DNA of 64,000 bases, from positions 106,330,001 through 106,394,000 of the forward strand of contig NC_043001.1 of NCBI RefSeq assembly GCF_006345805.1. The letters are read 5' to 3'. Source of the stretch: Octopus sinensis (taxonomy: Eukaryota). A program made the position numbers and the translations under genes. Below, in pieces: positions 24,371 through 37,179 of this stretch. How positions within the stretch are numbered: position 1 is the first letter of the stretch; the number at the start of each line of letters is the position of its first letter. The notes beneath the pieces are model-generated. The model was not told where the DNA came from. It saw nothing but the letters and a program-made list of their open reading frames with translations, and made no database searches.

Positions 24371-25109
24371 CAAAATAAGCAACAGGATGTCAAGGAGTGA
24401 TGCAGTACGACAGTTTCAAGCGGCTCCATTTAATTGAACAATGCAATCATTACATCAGTTTAAATGCAGTGCCATCTTCAGCTGCACAAATAAATAAATA
24501 GTATTTTAACTAGTAGGATATATTAATGTTTTATCTGAAATATTGTAGCTAAGAATAGAGTAAACCCCCAAGAAATGCATAGTGTTGTAAGGGATTGTAG
24601 TTCATTTCTAATTCATTTATCTCCTTATCAACTACTAACACTAGAAGACTGTGTCTATTTTGAATAAAGGATAGGAATGAGCTGACAGCTCATGGCTAGG
24701 TGTGGTCATAAATATTATCATGTTTCCCTTTTCTTCGGGGAGGAAAGAAGACATTAGGAGTAGTCAACTGGATATAAGTAACTGCCTATAAAATGAGGCC
24801 GGGTAGGGGAAGAATTTAAATTAAAGAGCCTCAAAATATGATATCATAATCAAAATAGGTAAAATGTGTGTATATATTAATTATAAACATTAAAAAGAAA
24901 TAATTACATAGAATCGGATTAATATTCATTCATGTACTTAATTAATTATATATTAGAAGGTTTCTATAAAGAATGCTCAAAGCATTTATTTGTGGAATAA
25001 CTGGAATAATAACCATGTTGTCTATTAATTTTAAGCCATGAATCAGAAAAAACCAAAGATGCATACAGATACACACATATTTATATATGTGCCTATATGC
25101 ACACATATA

Positions 25110-25332
25110 TATTTCTTTACTACCCACAAGGGGCTAAACACAGAGAGGACAGAGAAACTGATTAAGTCGATTATATCGACCCCAGTGCGTAACTGGTACT
25201 TATTTAATCGACCCCGAAAGGATGAAAGGCAAAGTCGACCTCGGCGGAATTTGAACTCACGACGTAACGCAGACGAAATACCGCTAAGCATTTCGCCCGG
25301 CGTGCTAACGTTTCTGCCAGCTCGCCGCCTTC
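25110..25332 (-). mobile_element. SINE-A (tail 1); 13-bp TSD
   Basis: ATGCACACATATA at 25097-25109 and 25333-25345. Confidence 0.92.
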
Positions 25333-25357
25333 ATGCACACATATACATACACAAATA

Positions 25358-25620
25358 ATTACACGTTTATATGGATATAGTATAACCATCTCGCATAGAC
25401 TTAAGGAACTGAAAAATATCTATTTAAAAAGAAGATAATTACCATTTATAAGGGATAAGTGTTTAACATGTAATGTGCATATATGCTTATATACACATAC
25501 ATAAATATTTATACGTTTATGTGGCTATAGTATAACCATCTCGCATAGACTTAAGTAACTGAGAAATATCTATTTAAGAACAAGAAAAGTAACAATTTAA
25601 TAGGGATAAGAGTTTAATAG
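25358..25620. repeat. Two-copy tandem duplication, period 150 bp
   Basis: tataaccatctcgcatagacttaag starts at 25381 and 25531; the flanks are also similar. Confidence 0.9.
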
Positions 25621-25692
25621 GTAAGGATACGAAAATAAGGAAACAAGATAAGAAGAATTTATTAAAAAAATAAGAAGAAAGTACTTCGCTTA

Positions 25693-25883
25693 TAAGGGCG
25701 TCTCGAAAGGCCTTGTTGGAGGTCCAAACTTTCGAGTTGTTTCAGAAGTCTTCGACAAACTGAAGGACTGCTGCAATAAGTGTGTAAATCTGAGAGAGGA
25801 ATATGTTAAATAAGACCATAAGTAACTGATCCTTCTGTATTTTCTTTCACCGACAGCCAGGAACGTTTCAGCACCCTCTCCTA
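25693..25883 (+). mobile_element. Short mariner derivative (3' end and right TIR)
   Basis: LKDCCNKCVNLREEYVK* resembles the mariner C-terminus (RWxKCVxxxGxY). It ends ggaacgtttcagcaccctctcc|ta. Confidence 0.65.
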
Positions 25884-25916
25884 TATATTACATATATGTA
25901 TATATATATATATATA

Positions 25917-26369
25917 AATTGAGATAGGGGTTGTGAGTGCAACCCACCATGGGATAACATATATCCAATATAATGCCAGTAAAGCACCCAGCAAAGTTAA
26001 TACATAAATGTTAAGAATTGCGATGCAATTAATTCATTTATTGTATTATATGGGCGAAGGTAAAATGTTTTACCACAAATTCATAATACAAAATAAGAAA
26101 ATGGAGAAATGCATCTTAATCAATTATCAACTACCAGATAATACCCAATCACATAATTCATTAACCAACTACATATGAACATCAAGGTCAAACATAATAG
26201 TACAGAACAAAACAGTGCACATCAATGAGTAATATGATACAATAAGTACAATATGTATGTTTGACCTTGATGTTCATATGTAGTTGGTTAATAAATTATG
26301 TGAATGGGTATTATCTGGTAGTTGATTATTGATTAAGGTGTATTTCTCCATTTTCTTATTTTGTATTAT
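25917..26369. repeat. TA-flanked element ending in a 114-bp-arm palindrome
   Basis: Arms 26083-26196 and 26256-26369 (five substitutions, one indel), 59-bp spacer, (TA)n on both sides. Confidence 0.85.
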
Positions 26370-26725
26370 ATATATATATATATATATATACATATATACA
26401 TACACTAAACTGACACCTATTTTTTTCCGTTCGTTCTTTCTTTCTCCTCTTCATTTTTACCCTCTCAAAGATAAGCCACTTATAACCAGTCTTTACTAGG
26501 CAGTACAAGACAACATTTGTTTTAGACACAGTTCAAGTATGCGATTTAGATGCTAAATCCACCCGAGCACTTGGAGCATAAACCTACTACATGATAAGAC
26601 GCAATTCTACGTGAACTCTATAAAAACGCATGTCTGTGTGTGCTTGAGTGCGTGTGTGTGTGCGTAAGTATATTCATTATGCTTTTGAGATTTCGATTCT
26701 AACTTTGTAAAAGTTCGGTTCGGTT

Positions 26726-26773
<48 letters not shown>

Positions 26774-27832
26774 AGTATGTATGTATGTATGTATGTATGT
26801 ATGTCGACAGATACCATCGTAATTCTGTAATTGCAACATGCTCAATGAGACGAATAAAAAAAAACAATTTGAATTGATTAAGCAAGGTTAGCGAGACCAT
26901 TTTCGCCATTTATAAATCCCTGGCAGTATTATATTAAGTTTAAAAAGATATTTGCCAAATTTATAATTCCTATAATGTTTGGAATTGATTGAAAATTACA
27001 TTCCAATTTTTAGTTCAAAAGTCTCAAGTGTAAGTTGCAATTTCATATGAAATTTTATTGGCTAATTCTTAGATGCTTTTCCAAACTTGAATTACTATGA
27101 AAATATATTGAATCTTCCTGCAGAGGTGTCTGCTAATAGCCACATATTACTGCATGATACAATATGATATCTATGTATTATAAGGAGGGAGTGCAATTCG
27201 AATGTTATTTCACACACTATGAAACTGTTGCATCATCATTTTTAGAATCTGACACCAATGTTAGATTTGATTGCTGAACAACATCTCTGGGATATATTGT
27301 ACATGGAAATTGGAGCTCGAATAACATATTTTTACTTATCCGTATATGTATTTCTGCAGATGCATACATAAATACATACATACATAGTTTTATGTACGTA
27401 TGTATGTATTATGTAGACCAAGTCTGCATACATGAGGCTGATAACATCATAAGAGTAGGGGAGTGAACCCCTACCATCTCCTAACGAGCTAGCGTGCAGA
27501 CGTGTGCAGACGAGAGCTGCTATTATCTTTCGCAGACGAGGTGTCCAGTACGGAGGAGTGGCAGAAATAGCCCGAAACCGGGCCTGGTCTAAAGGTCCGG
27601 TCGCAAGAAGATGGTTAGGGTACGTTCTCCTGCTCGCAATTTGATCGGATGCAGCTGTGCATCGTTAACCAGCTAGAGGAGATGTCCACTTGGGGCTAAA
27701 AAATCTCAGTAGAGTTCGCTTGAACGAACAACCATGTTAAAGTGGCGACGAATATTACTTGTCAGTACAACTACTGCGCTGATCGCTTAGAAGGATTTTA
27801 AACCTAGCGTTTTTGCTTGTTATATACATATA

Positions 27833-28649
27833 TAGGATGGGTGGAAAGTAATTAGGCATTATAAATTACCTGTAAAACTTTTAGTATCACTGAAATCATG
27901 GCGAAAACATTTTTTAAACAGACAAGACTAATGGGGATTTTTTATTTTCTTATTGTCTTATTTCTTATTTTCCAGATGGCCGGTCGCTTGACTGTTCAGG
28001 AGTGAGCTAAGATAGCTGCGCGCTATGAATTGTGGAATTCCATTGTTTTGCTTCAGAGACGGTGGCGTGCATAGAAAGGTACGCCCGGAGACAATGAAAA
28101 GTTGTCATGCAAAGCTGATGACCACGGGCTCTTTGTACGATGCAAGAAATGGCCGTCCAACCATATCCCGATCAGCGGAGAACGTGGAAACAGTGCAGAA
28201 AATGTTTAATCGCATCCCGTCAAGCAGCTCGTGAAAGTGGACTAACAAGACATACAATATGTAGGGTGTTGCATAAAGAAAGGAATTTTCGTCCGCGGAA
28301 ACCCCATTACGCGCAGGGGATAAAACTTGAGCGCACGACGTGGACCACATGAATGGCTTCCAAGAAGTCCAGATCTTACTCCATGTGATTTTGACACAAA
28401 AGAGGTGTACAAGACAAAATCTCGCACACTGCGGACTTGGAGACACGGATTCAGGAAGTTCTCAATGATATCCCAGAGGATGTCCTTCAGAAAGTTGTTC
28501 ATTCCATCCTTGGCCGTTTGAGGAAACTGGCTGACGCCACTGGTGCTAACATTGAAAAAGATCAGGTATCATTTGTTTCAATAGATTTGTAAAAGCAATA
28601 TGGATTTTAATACTAATTTTGAATGCCTACTTACTTTTCGCCCACCCTG
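27833..28649 (+). mobile_element. Internally deleted Tc1/mariner-superfamily element (maT/rosa-like) with both TIRs and TA TSD
   Basis: 30-nt ends (including TA) at 27831-27860 and 28622-28651 match at 25/30. MAGRLTVQE*..GRPTISRS and EWLPRSPDLTPCDF..VYK..DLETRIQEV. Confidence 0.9.
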
Positions 28650-31109
28650 TATATGTATGTGTGTATGTATGCATGTATGTATGCATGCATGTGTGTATGC
28701 ATGTATGTATGCATGTATGTATGCATGTACGCATGCATGTGTGTATATCTGTGTATGTACGTTATGCATCTTGTCTATAAAGGAATTATTTACGGAATTT
28801 ACATTAGCATAATATTTATGCAAGTATATTGCATTATTGATTTGTTGGTTTTAGTTATAGATTGCTGTCATAACATTTACAGTTTTTACGTATTTTTTCT
28901 TTAGCCGTATTCATCCCAATCTTTTTTATAAAATTAGTACATGTTTTATCCCCTTCCCTGTGTGGTACCACAAAATTTATGTCAATTAAAGGAACACAAC
29001 TCAAACAACATAGTCACACAAGCATTCGCAAATACATACATTCAACAGAATATATACATGTGTATTGGTTTATAAGCATGTATGTATGCGTGTATTTATG
29101 TAGAAACGCTACAGTAGAAAGCTTGCATGCATAAAGCATTTGTCTGTGAACTAAATTCATTCTCAACAAAAGCAGTTATTTTATAGCCATGTAAACATTA
29201 GTGGGGCCTTTCTCTACTGTTATGCTGATATTTGATTTATTCATTTTCTCTATTCAATTACGTTTTCGTTTCAAATGATATTAGAACTTTAGGCTGGTTC
29301 CAAGTATCTGACATTTTAAATTCATTTCTTTTTCTTTAAAGCTGTCTGGTTCTATTTAACTGAAGTATGTCACACATACCGTTCATCTACTTAATAGTCG
29401 TGTGGTTACTCAGAAAGGTTTAATTCATAACAAACACTCTATTAGTGACAGCCGACAGGAAATTGAGAGCCCCGTTTTGTCTCCATTTCTATAGAAGTAT
29501 TGAAACGGTAACAACATAGCTGAATGCCGTCATTGATAGCGCTAATGCCAAATGTTATAGGAATGTTTGTGCAGCGTTACATCTTGGATGTCCTGCTGTT
29601 TTAGTTCTTATTTTTATATTTCTCAATTCTACATCAAGCGATGTCATCGACGACGGTGATGATCATGATGACGACGATGAAGAAGAAGGAACCATTTACA
29701 AATCCAAATCGGTGGCATAATAGCAAATATGAATATGTTTGATTCAGAGCATTAAAATTATTGAGTGTTAGAGTGTTAAACTGTAATAGTAATATTTCAG
29801 TTGCTGAATTTGGCAAACACTGTAGCGCAGTATATAACGAATTGGAGAAATAAACGATACCGAATTATTATTATTGAATTTAATGCTAAGAAGTCGATGT
29901 TTCTCAGAATAAAAAATGCGTTTCTTTAAAGAAAAATACTTCTTTTATAGAAATAAGATGAAAAAACAAATACTTAATTACTATTGCTTCATTCGTATCT
30001 TTTCGGAATTTCTTTAGTAACAATAGTGTGTTAATACAATAGAATGTTGTCATAGATTTAATTGTATAAATTTTGGTATGCACTTGTACCAGTGGATTTC
30101 ATTTATCGTCTAAAGCATTCTTCTAACCTCGTTTATAGATCAGATTAAAAGGGAAGATAATGAGGAGAGTTCTAAGTGCTTCAAGAGATGTGTATAAAAG
30201 ATGAGTGATCATATAGAATTTGTTTGATTGGGTATTTATAGGCAGAAAGCACATATGACTGGTGAAAATGAGTAGGTTGTATCTAAAATGCTTGAAGCCC
30301 ATTAGAATATTGGCAGACAGAAAGTTTTGGCACGGCCCCAGGTTTAATGCCAGAGAGTGAATCAGTGCCAATTTTTAAATGTGGCGAATGGACACAAAAA
30401 TGGACGAGAAACATCTAATAGATGTTTTTAGTTGTTAATTATTTCATATATACTTAGCGAATTTCTTTACATTTCAGTGGATTATAGGAGAACTCCACTG
30501 GAAAATGGAAAATATATAAGTGTAACAATAGTGTCTGTTTCTTAGTGGTTAGTGAATTGATTTTATTTGTGGATTCCACTTACAACGAGTAAATATGAGA
30601 AGTGTGAAATATATTTAGTTTATAAACGTTTTGAAAATGTCAAATTCGAAAGCATTTACACACACACACACACACACAAACTCACATACGCACATACACG
30701 CACATATATATTTGTTTGCAGTTCCGTGTGTGTGTATGTGCAATTGTGTAAAAATATTAGTATTCTTAAATATGTTTCAAAAAGATACGATTTTTTGCAA
30801 AAAATATCAATTTGTTTCGAAGCCATATCAATGGGCAAAGATATTTTTTCTAATATTCACACACGTAGGTTGAAAATAGATTTGGAAATACTAAATACAT
30901 TCTCATAAACATTAATATGTTTTTAATTTCTTTATAAGGTTGCATATTTGGATGTACCACATCGTGGTGCAGATTTGTCTGTCTAGATACAAGAAACGGA
31001 TACTGTTGTCTTGTTTAAATGATCTTTCATTCTGTCAGCATTTTATTGTATTTCTTATTTTGATGGCTGCAAGTTGTGTTACTTATTCCGTTATCGTGCA
31101 TATGCACAC

Positions 31110-32290
31110 ATTATCATTGTTATTTTCTTGGAAAAGAAAAATCCTAACATGGGGCTACAACAAATAAACTCAATTGCCAAGAACCTTCCTAAGTATTCTA
31201 GCTGTCCCTTAAAACACTGTTGTTTTAACTGTACTAAACTGGGTTTTATGCCTATTTCCTCTATCCATGTGTTCAAATCATTAGAGATAGTTTCCGATGC
31301 ACCTATAACTACTGGAATACATTTTACTCTGTAATTCAATGGCGAGGGCCTGGTACTTTGCTATTTTTTCTATACCTCTCATATTGATTGTTTCATCATT
31401 TGGGATTTTAACGTCAATTAACTGGCACTTCCTAATCCCTTTATCTACTACTACTAAATCAACCCTTCTAGATTCTATTACTCTGTCAGTCGGAACGTTA
31501 AAGTCCCACAACATTTTGTATTTTTTTACTTTCTAGTTCTTTACAATGTTCATGTTCATACCCTTTATCAATTTTTTAAAATCCTAGTTTTCTACATAAT
31601 TCCCAGTGGATTTCTCTCCCTAGGTTGTCATGAGTTGTCTTGTATTATTTCTGTGCCTGCATGCTACATTCACTTACTACATTAGTAATGCTTTCCTCTT
31701 TTGATTTGCATAATCTACATTGGGATTCTTCTTGGGTTTTGTCTACCTTGGCTTTTATCCAATTATCCTTGATGCTTGATCTTATGCTGCTATAAACAAA
31801 CTCTTTGTCTCCCTTTCCAGCTTTCCTTTCTGCAATCATAATCATGTCACACCACTGTTATTTGCTGCAACAATCTTTGGGAACCTCCCCGTCAAAGGTT
31901 TTCCCTGCCAATCAGGTAATTTTTGTTCCTTTTTATGGATTTTAACTTCGTTTTGATTTTTGGTTTCCTTGTGTCTTGCTGTAACTTTAGCAGCTTTTAA
32001 TAAACTTTCTTCACTATTACCAATATCGAAGTTCATATCTACTCTAGCTAAGTCCACGCAGTCTTCTACTGATATTAACCATCTTCCGCCTTCCTTTCTA
32101 GCTAAGTGTAATCTTACTACTCCTGATCTTTGGTGAAGTCCTCCATTCATGTTCAATTCTTTCCTAGTTCCTCTGTCTAGCTTTGTTAATTCAGTTTTTG
32201 TCCAAATTACAAAAGCTGTTGAGAATCTAAGTAATAATATTGCCCAAGTGGTATTGAGCAGAATATTTGCTGTGGCCCATCTTTTATACC
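31110..32290 (-). mobile_element. R4/Dong-type RLE LINE, 5'-truncated and decayed
   Basis: WTKTELTKLDRGTRK..RLHLARKEGGR.LISVED; CRLCKSKEESITNVVSEC; WDFNVPTDRVIESRRVDLVVVDK..IDV; GTARILRKVL. Confidence 0.9.
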
Positions 32291-32370
32291 AAAACAAAAC
32301 AATGTACATGATAACAGTTTCAATCAGTAAAAGATCAGAAGCAATGTGAGCCACTGCCTGGCATTTCGTC

Positions 32371-32482
32371 AGGGCATTAGTACTGCATCAGAGCATTGTA
32401 CTGCATCAAGGCGTTAGTACTGCATCAGGGCATTAGTATTGCATCAGGGCATAAGTACTGCATCAGGGCATTGTACTGCATA
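32371..32482. repeat. Minisatellite, six units of 18-19 bp (AGGGCATTAGTACTGCATC)
   Basis: Direct inspection. Confidence 0.9.
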
Positions 32483-32984
32483 TTACTCCTATACTATCGA
32501 CTAGATAGAAATTGCTACCAAACTAGAACACGTAACCTACAGCAGGCATTGTATTATTATGGTCCAACACTGCTTATTGTCCTGTTGGATCCTCATTTTT
32601 AGAGCAACCAGTATTATTTCTTCAAGTACCACATTCTGCTTATTCCAATACCAAGGCCTTTATATTTCGCAAACTCACATTTGGCTGGTAAAGCCTGAAA
32701 TATTTTCTTTATGACAATGTGTGATATAAAAAGTTTCAACAAAACAGAATAGCAGCAACCTTTTCGGAGGATTAATTCATAACTCATGTTTGAAATGTTG
32801 TGAACAGAGAAAGTGCTTAAACTAAGAACACTTCCTTTCAAAAGTGAATGTCATTCTGTTTATTTTTCAATTCTATTATATAATCTTTTAGTTTTAATTT
32901 CACTATATTCTCAGAATATTTTGACTATATGAAATCTATACAAAATCAGTGTGTGTGTGTATGTGAATGGAAATGCATGTATGG

Positions 32985-33058
32985 AGAAAGAGCCACTTTC
33001 TAACCTAGATCTAAGGCTCCTTCATTGGAATTTCAACATTAACAACAAGGTATTTTTG
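32985..33058 (+). repeat. Short dispersed repeat; second copy at about 62515-62580
   Basis: agaaagagcc..tttctaa.c.agatc.aag.ctccttcattg.aatttcaacat.aaca occurs at both sites. Confidence 0.8.
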
Positions 33059-33264
33059 CTGTAGGTAGGTAGATAGGTAGGTAGGTAGGTAGTAGGTAGG
33101 CATGTATGTAGGTAGGTAGGTAGGTAGGATGGTAAGCATGTAGGTATATGTGCAGATTTGTATGTTTTGCTTTATGTATGTATTCTCTTGCATAGAGTTG
33201 CATATATACTCTTGACATATATATTTACATGATATTTCTTTGAGCAATAATATTTAATATAGTC

Positions 33265-33475
33265 AAGTCGGTGATCTGGCAGAAACGTTAGCACTCCGGG
33301 CGAAATGCTTAATGGCATTTCGTCTGTCTTTACGTTCTGAGTTGAAATTCTGCCGATGTCAACTTTGCCTTTCATCCTTTCAGGGTAGATAAATACAGTA
33401 TCAGTTACGTACTGGGGTCGGTCTAATCTACTGGCACCCTACCCTAAAATGTCGGGCTTTGGGCCTAGAGTAGAA
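33265..33475 (+). mobile_element. SINE-A with tail type 2; 19-bp TSD
   Basis: AATAATATTTAATATAGTC at 33246-33264 and 33476-33494. Confidence 0.92.
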
Positions 33476-35267
33476 AATAATATTTAATATAGTCGTTAGT
33501 TATGGCCGGTCAGAGAGTTAACATTGTTTTCACGTCCGTTATTGCTCTTAACAGTGAAGTCGACTTATCTGATCCGTTGGCGGACGGTGGTTAGAATAAA
33601 ATGACATTATATGTTATGTTCTGTGTATTATATGAAACTAAATATATTTCATGTAACTGATTTACGATAAACGCTTTTATCCACTTAGATGTAAATTTTG
33701 TTCTTTAAGTTTCTCATTTTTTTTCTTTGTTACCCTTCTAGTTGATAAATTTCCCATAACACATTATAGCAAAATCACTTTGTCCACAGATATTTTCCTT
33801 AAATTTTATCGAACAGGTGATTATGTGGAACCTAACGATGCACTAGGATGAACATGAGAAAGGGGCTCGTAAAAGAAGGGCTATGCGAAGAAACTGGTAA
33901 ACCAGAGCAAGCGAAGTGACGGAGGGCATGTTGTGAACCGATTAAAGTCATCCCCAGATGTTTTGTGGTCGTTCTCAGCAAAGATCTGTCTGGGCTTAGA
34001 GTCACTGTAGCAGCAAAGTGGATGTCCATACGTTGCATTAGCGAAGCTACAGGGAAGGCTTTTGGCGGTTTTTGGATAAAGCAGGTGATCCAGTGGTTTG
34101 CTGCAAGTGGGATGAAGTTGTCGGTGAGATCAAATAATCGAAACTGTATTAGGGTAAACGTTTCGAATCCTTTAAGAACAATCACTCCCATCCACCAAAA
34201 ATAAACACTACTGATAATTCATCTCAGAGCATTTTTAAAGATGTATCTTGAACTATAAAATTTGGGGGGGGGCTCATTAAGAGCAATCCATGCTCAATCT
34301 GTTAAATAAGTGTTGAATGATATTCCGAAGAACGTAGATTAAGTGTAAACTCTTTTAATATCCACTCGCTTTTATTTTGGTTACTGTGCAGGAAGCATAA
34401 TTGCATTTGAGATTTAATTCGTAAAATACGATGTACTTCATTGTTAGATCCGTCATGTAATAAAGGATAATATGAAAGAGGTAACTTATTTAGTTGATTA
34501 AGAGATGGAAATATAAGTGTCTACATATGCTATTGACTGGAAAAATCAGGTATTTTGATACAGTTATTGCAGCTGAACACACACAAAGGCAACACAAAGA
34601 AATTTAATGGCACTCAGGGCACAAATGCATTGGGAAAACACGGGTAATTTCTCATGACATTACTTCTCTCAAGATTCTATCGATAATCGACAATATGTTC
34701 TTTATACGCAAACATTTATCTTTTTTTGTGTCTTGAAGATATTAAATGAAGTTCACCCTCGCTCTCATCTCTGCATCCAACATAATTTACTCAATTTTCG
34801 CTTCACACAAATCAACTTTGACATACACAACCGCTACATATGTATTACTAATTCGCATACCTAATCGAGCCGATACAAATATCTAACTAATCTGTGTACA
34901 GAAATCACTTTGTCATCATTTATTATCTTTGAGACTTTTAGTTTGTCAAAAATTGGTTCTATCAAATCTTATTCTACAACTCTTCCAGCATTCAGATTAT
35001 AACCACATTACGCATTCTCCTTCTTGAACTTTTCTCCCCTTAGATCTTTCCCATATTCTCATCAATTCATATTTTCGTTTGTATAGTTGTGCAAATTATT
35101 GGCTAGCATCCAGGCTTTCATTTGGTTCTGCTTTGTTATATACATTGGCTGTTTTCGTATCACTTCTTCTTCACTTATATTTTCAATGTTTATTCCTTTC
35201 ATTGTCTTGTTGTCTGTAACTTTCATTTTTGTTTCACGACTCTATTTCCGTATTCTCATTTATTTTT

Positions 35268-35897
35268 TCATATATATTTACGCACATATATATATAAACA
35301 TATTATATATATATAAACATATATATATATAAACATATATACATATATAAATATATATATAAACATATATATATTATATATAAACATTATATATATATAA
35401 TATATATATATATAAATATAATATATATATATATATAAACATATATACATATATAAACATATATAAATATATAAACATATATACATATATAAATATATAT
35501 AACATATATATATATATATATATATATATAAACATATATACATATATAAACATATATAAATATATATACACATATATACATATAAAATATATATAAACAT
35601 ATACATATATATATATAAACATATTACATATATATAAAACATATATACATATATATATATAAACATATATAATATATATATATAAACATATATACATATA
35701 TATATAACATATATACATATATATATATAAACTATATACATATATATATAAACATTATACATATATATATATAAACATATATACATATATATATATAAAC
35801 ATATATACATATATATATAAACATATATACATATATATATATAAACATATATACATATATATATAAACATATATACATATATATATAAACATATATG

Positions 35898-35947
<50 letters not shown>

Positions 35948-36171
35948 AACATATATACATATATATATATGTATATATATATATAAACATATATGTATAT
36001 ATATATGTATATATATATATATATAAACATATATACAATATATATATATTATATATATATATAAACATATATACATATATATATATGTATATATATATGT
36101 ATATATATATATATATATAACATATATACATATATATATATTATATATAATATATATATAAACATATATAC

Positions 36172-36202
<31 letters not shown>

Positions 36203-36247
36203 TGTATGTATATACCTCTGTGTGTGCGCGTTATATATATGTGTATA

Positions 36248-36288
<41 letters not shown>

Positions 36289-36330
36289 ATGTATGTATAT
36301 ATATATATGTGCCTGTTTGTGTATGTATAT
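35268..36330. repeat. ~1.06-kb AT-rich array (ATAAACATATATAC(AT)n units grading into (TA)/(TG))
   Basis: Direct inspection. Confidence 0.95.
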
Positions 36331-37179
36331 TTCACTTGCTAATTTGTCAGGACATACGTTCAGACAGTTCGGGGCTCCTCACTTACAATATCCTTGTATT
36401 CTGATGCGATAAAAGAAATTAATATTTAAAGGCAAACGGAAATACAAACAACAAGCGCAAATACAACCTACAAAGATGCAAAACAATGAAAATAAAATCA
36501 AAGCTATAAACATTGGAATCATGATTCGCGAATATACACAAAAACAAAACATAACAAACGTTCGAAAAGGAGATGCCGACAAACCTACTGACTGGTATCT
36601 AAGAATTTAGAAACTAAAATACACAAAAGAGAAAAAAATGAATGGAATAGATTATGAGAAATGTCTCAGAACAGGAAATTCTAAAGAGAAAAATGTTTAA
36701 TAGCGTAATAATCTAAATGTTGAAATAGTTACAGAAATATAAAAAAAGGAACGATACCCGACCTGCTTTTTGGATAAAGCCTTAACAAATATAAAACGTT
36801 ATGAGAAACCCCCACAACAATCCGAGTACTGATATTACTATATCCACGGTTATCCAAATAATCGGTGCAGAAGACATAGTGTTACCAAGGGAAATATATT
36901 CCTCAAACTATAAAAGAATGTAGTTATGTAAAAGTATTGAAAGGGAAATTATCCTGTAATGATATATGTTCTGAGCGCCATTTTCTCCATTTACACCTTC
37001 ATTTCGGGATGGGTCTTGACAAGAAGCAAATCAATGATGATGAATTCGAAAAGGAAACTCCTTGACTTCAATCCTTAAGTTTCCTTCACTAGAAAACCAC
37101 TTTCACCTCAGCAACAAACACAGAAAAACTACATGTCCTTCCTCGCCAAAGGGATGAATTAACGGTGAGAATGAAGCTA

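Noticed and set aside
27430-27600. Hammerhead ribozyme
   Set aside because: CTGATAA and CAGACGAG..GAAA lack the CUGANGA core with pairing stems. Other CTGATGA sites checked by eye also lacked stem II.
33832-34191. 119-aa ORF, possible LINE RT remnant
   Set aside because: Only vague similarity (KAF, KHLG) with wrong spacing; left unassigned.
35268-36131. 287-aa ORF and other Y/I/C/V/M-rich ORFs (10341, 24173, 28623, 49168, 52085 and similar)
   Set aside because: These are translations of dinucleotide and tetranucleotide microsatellites.
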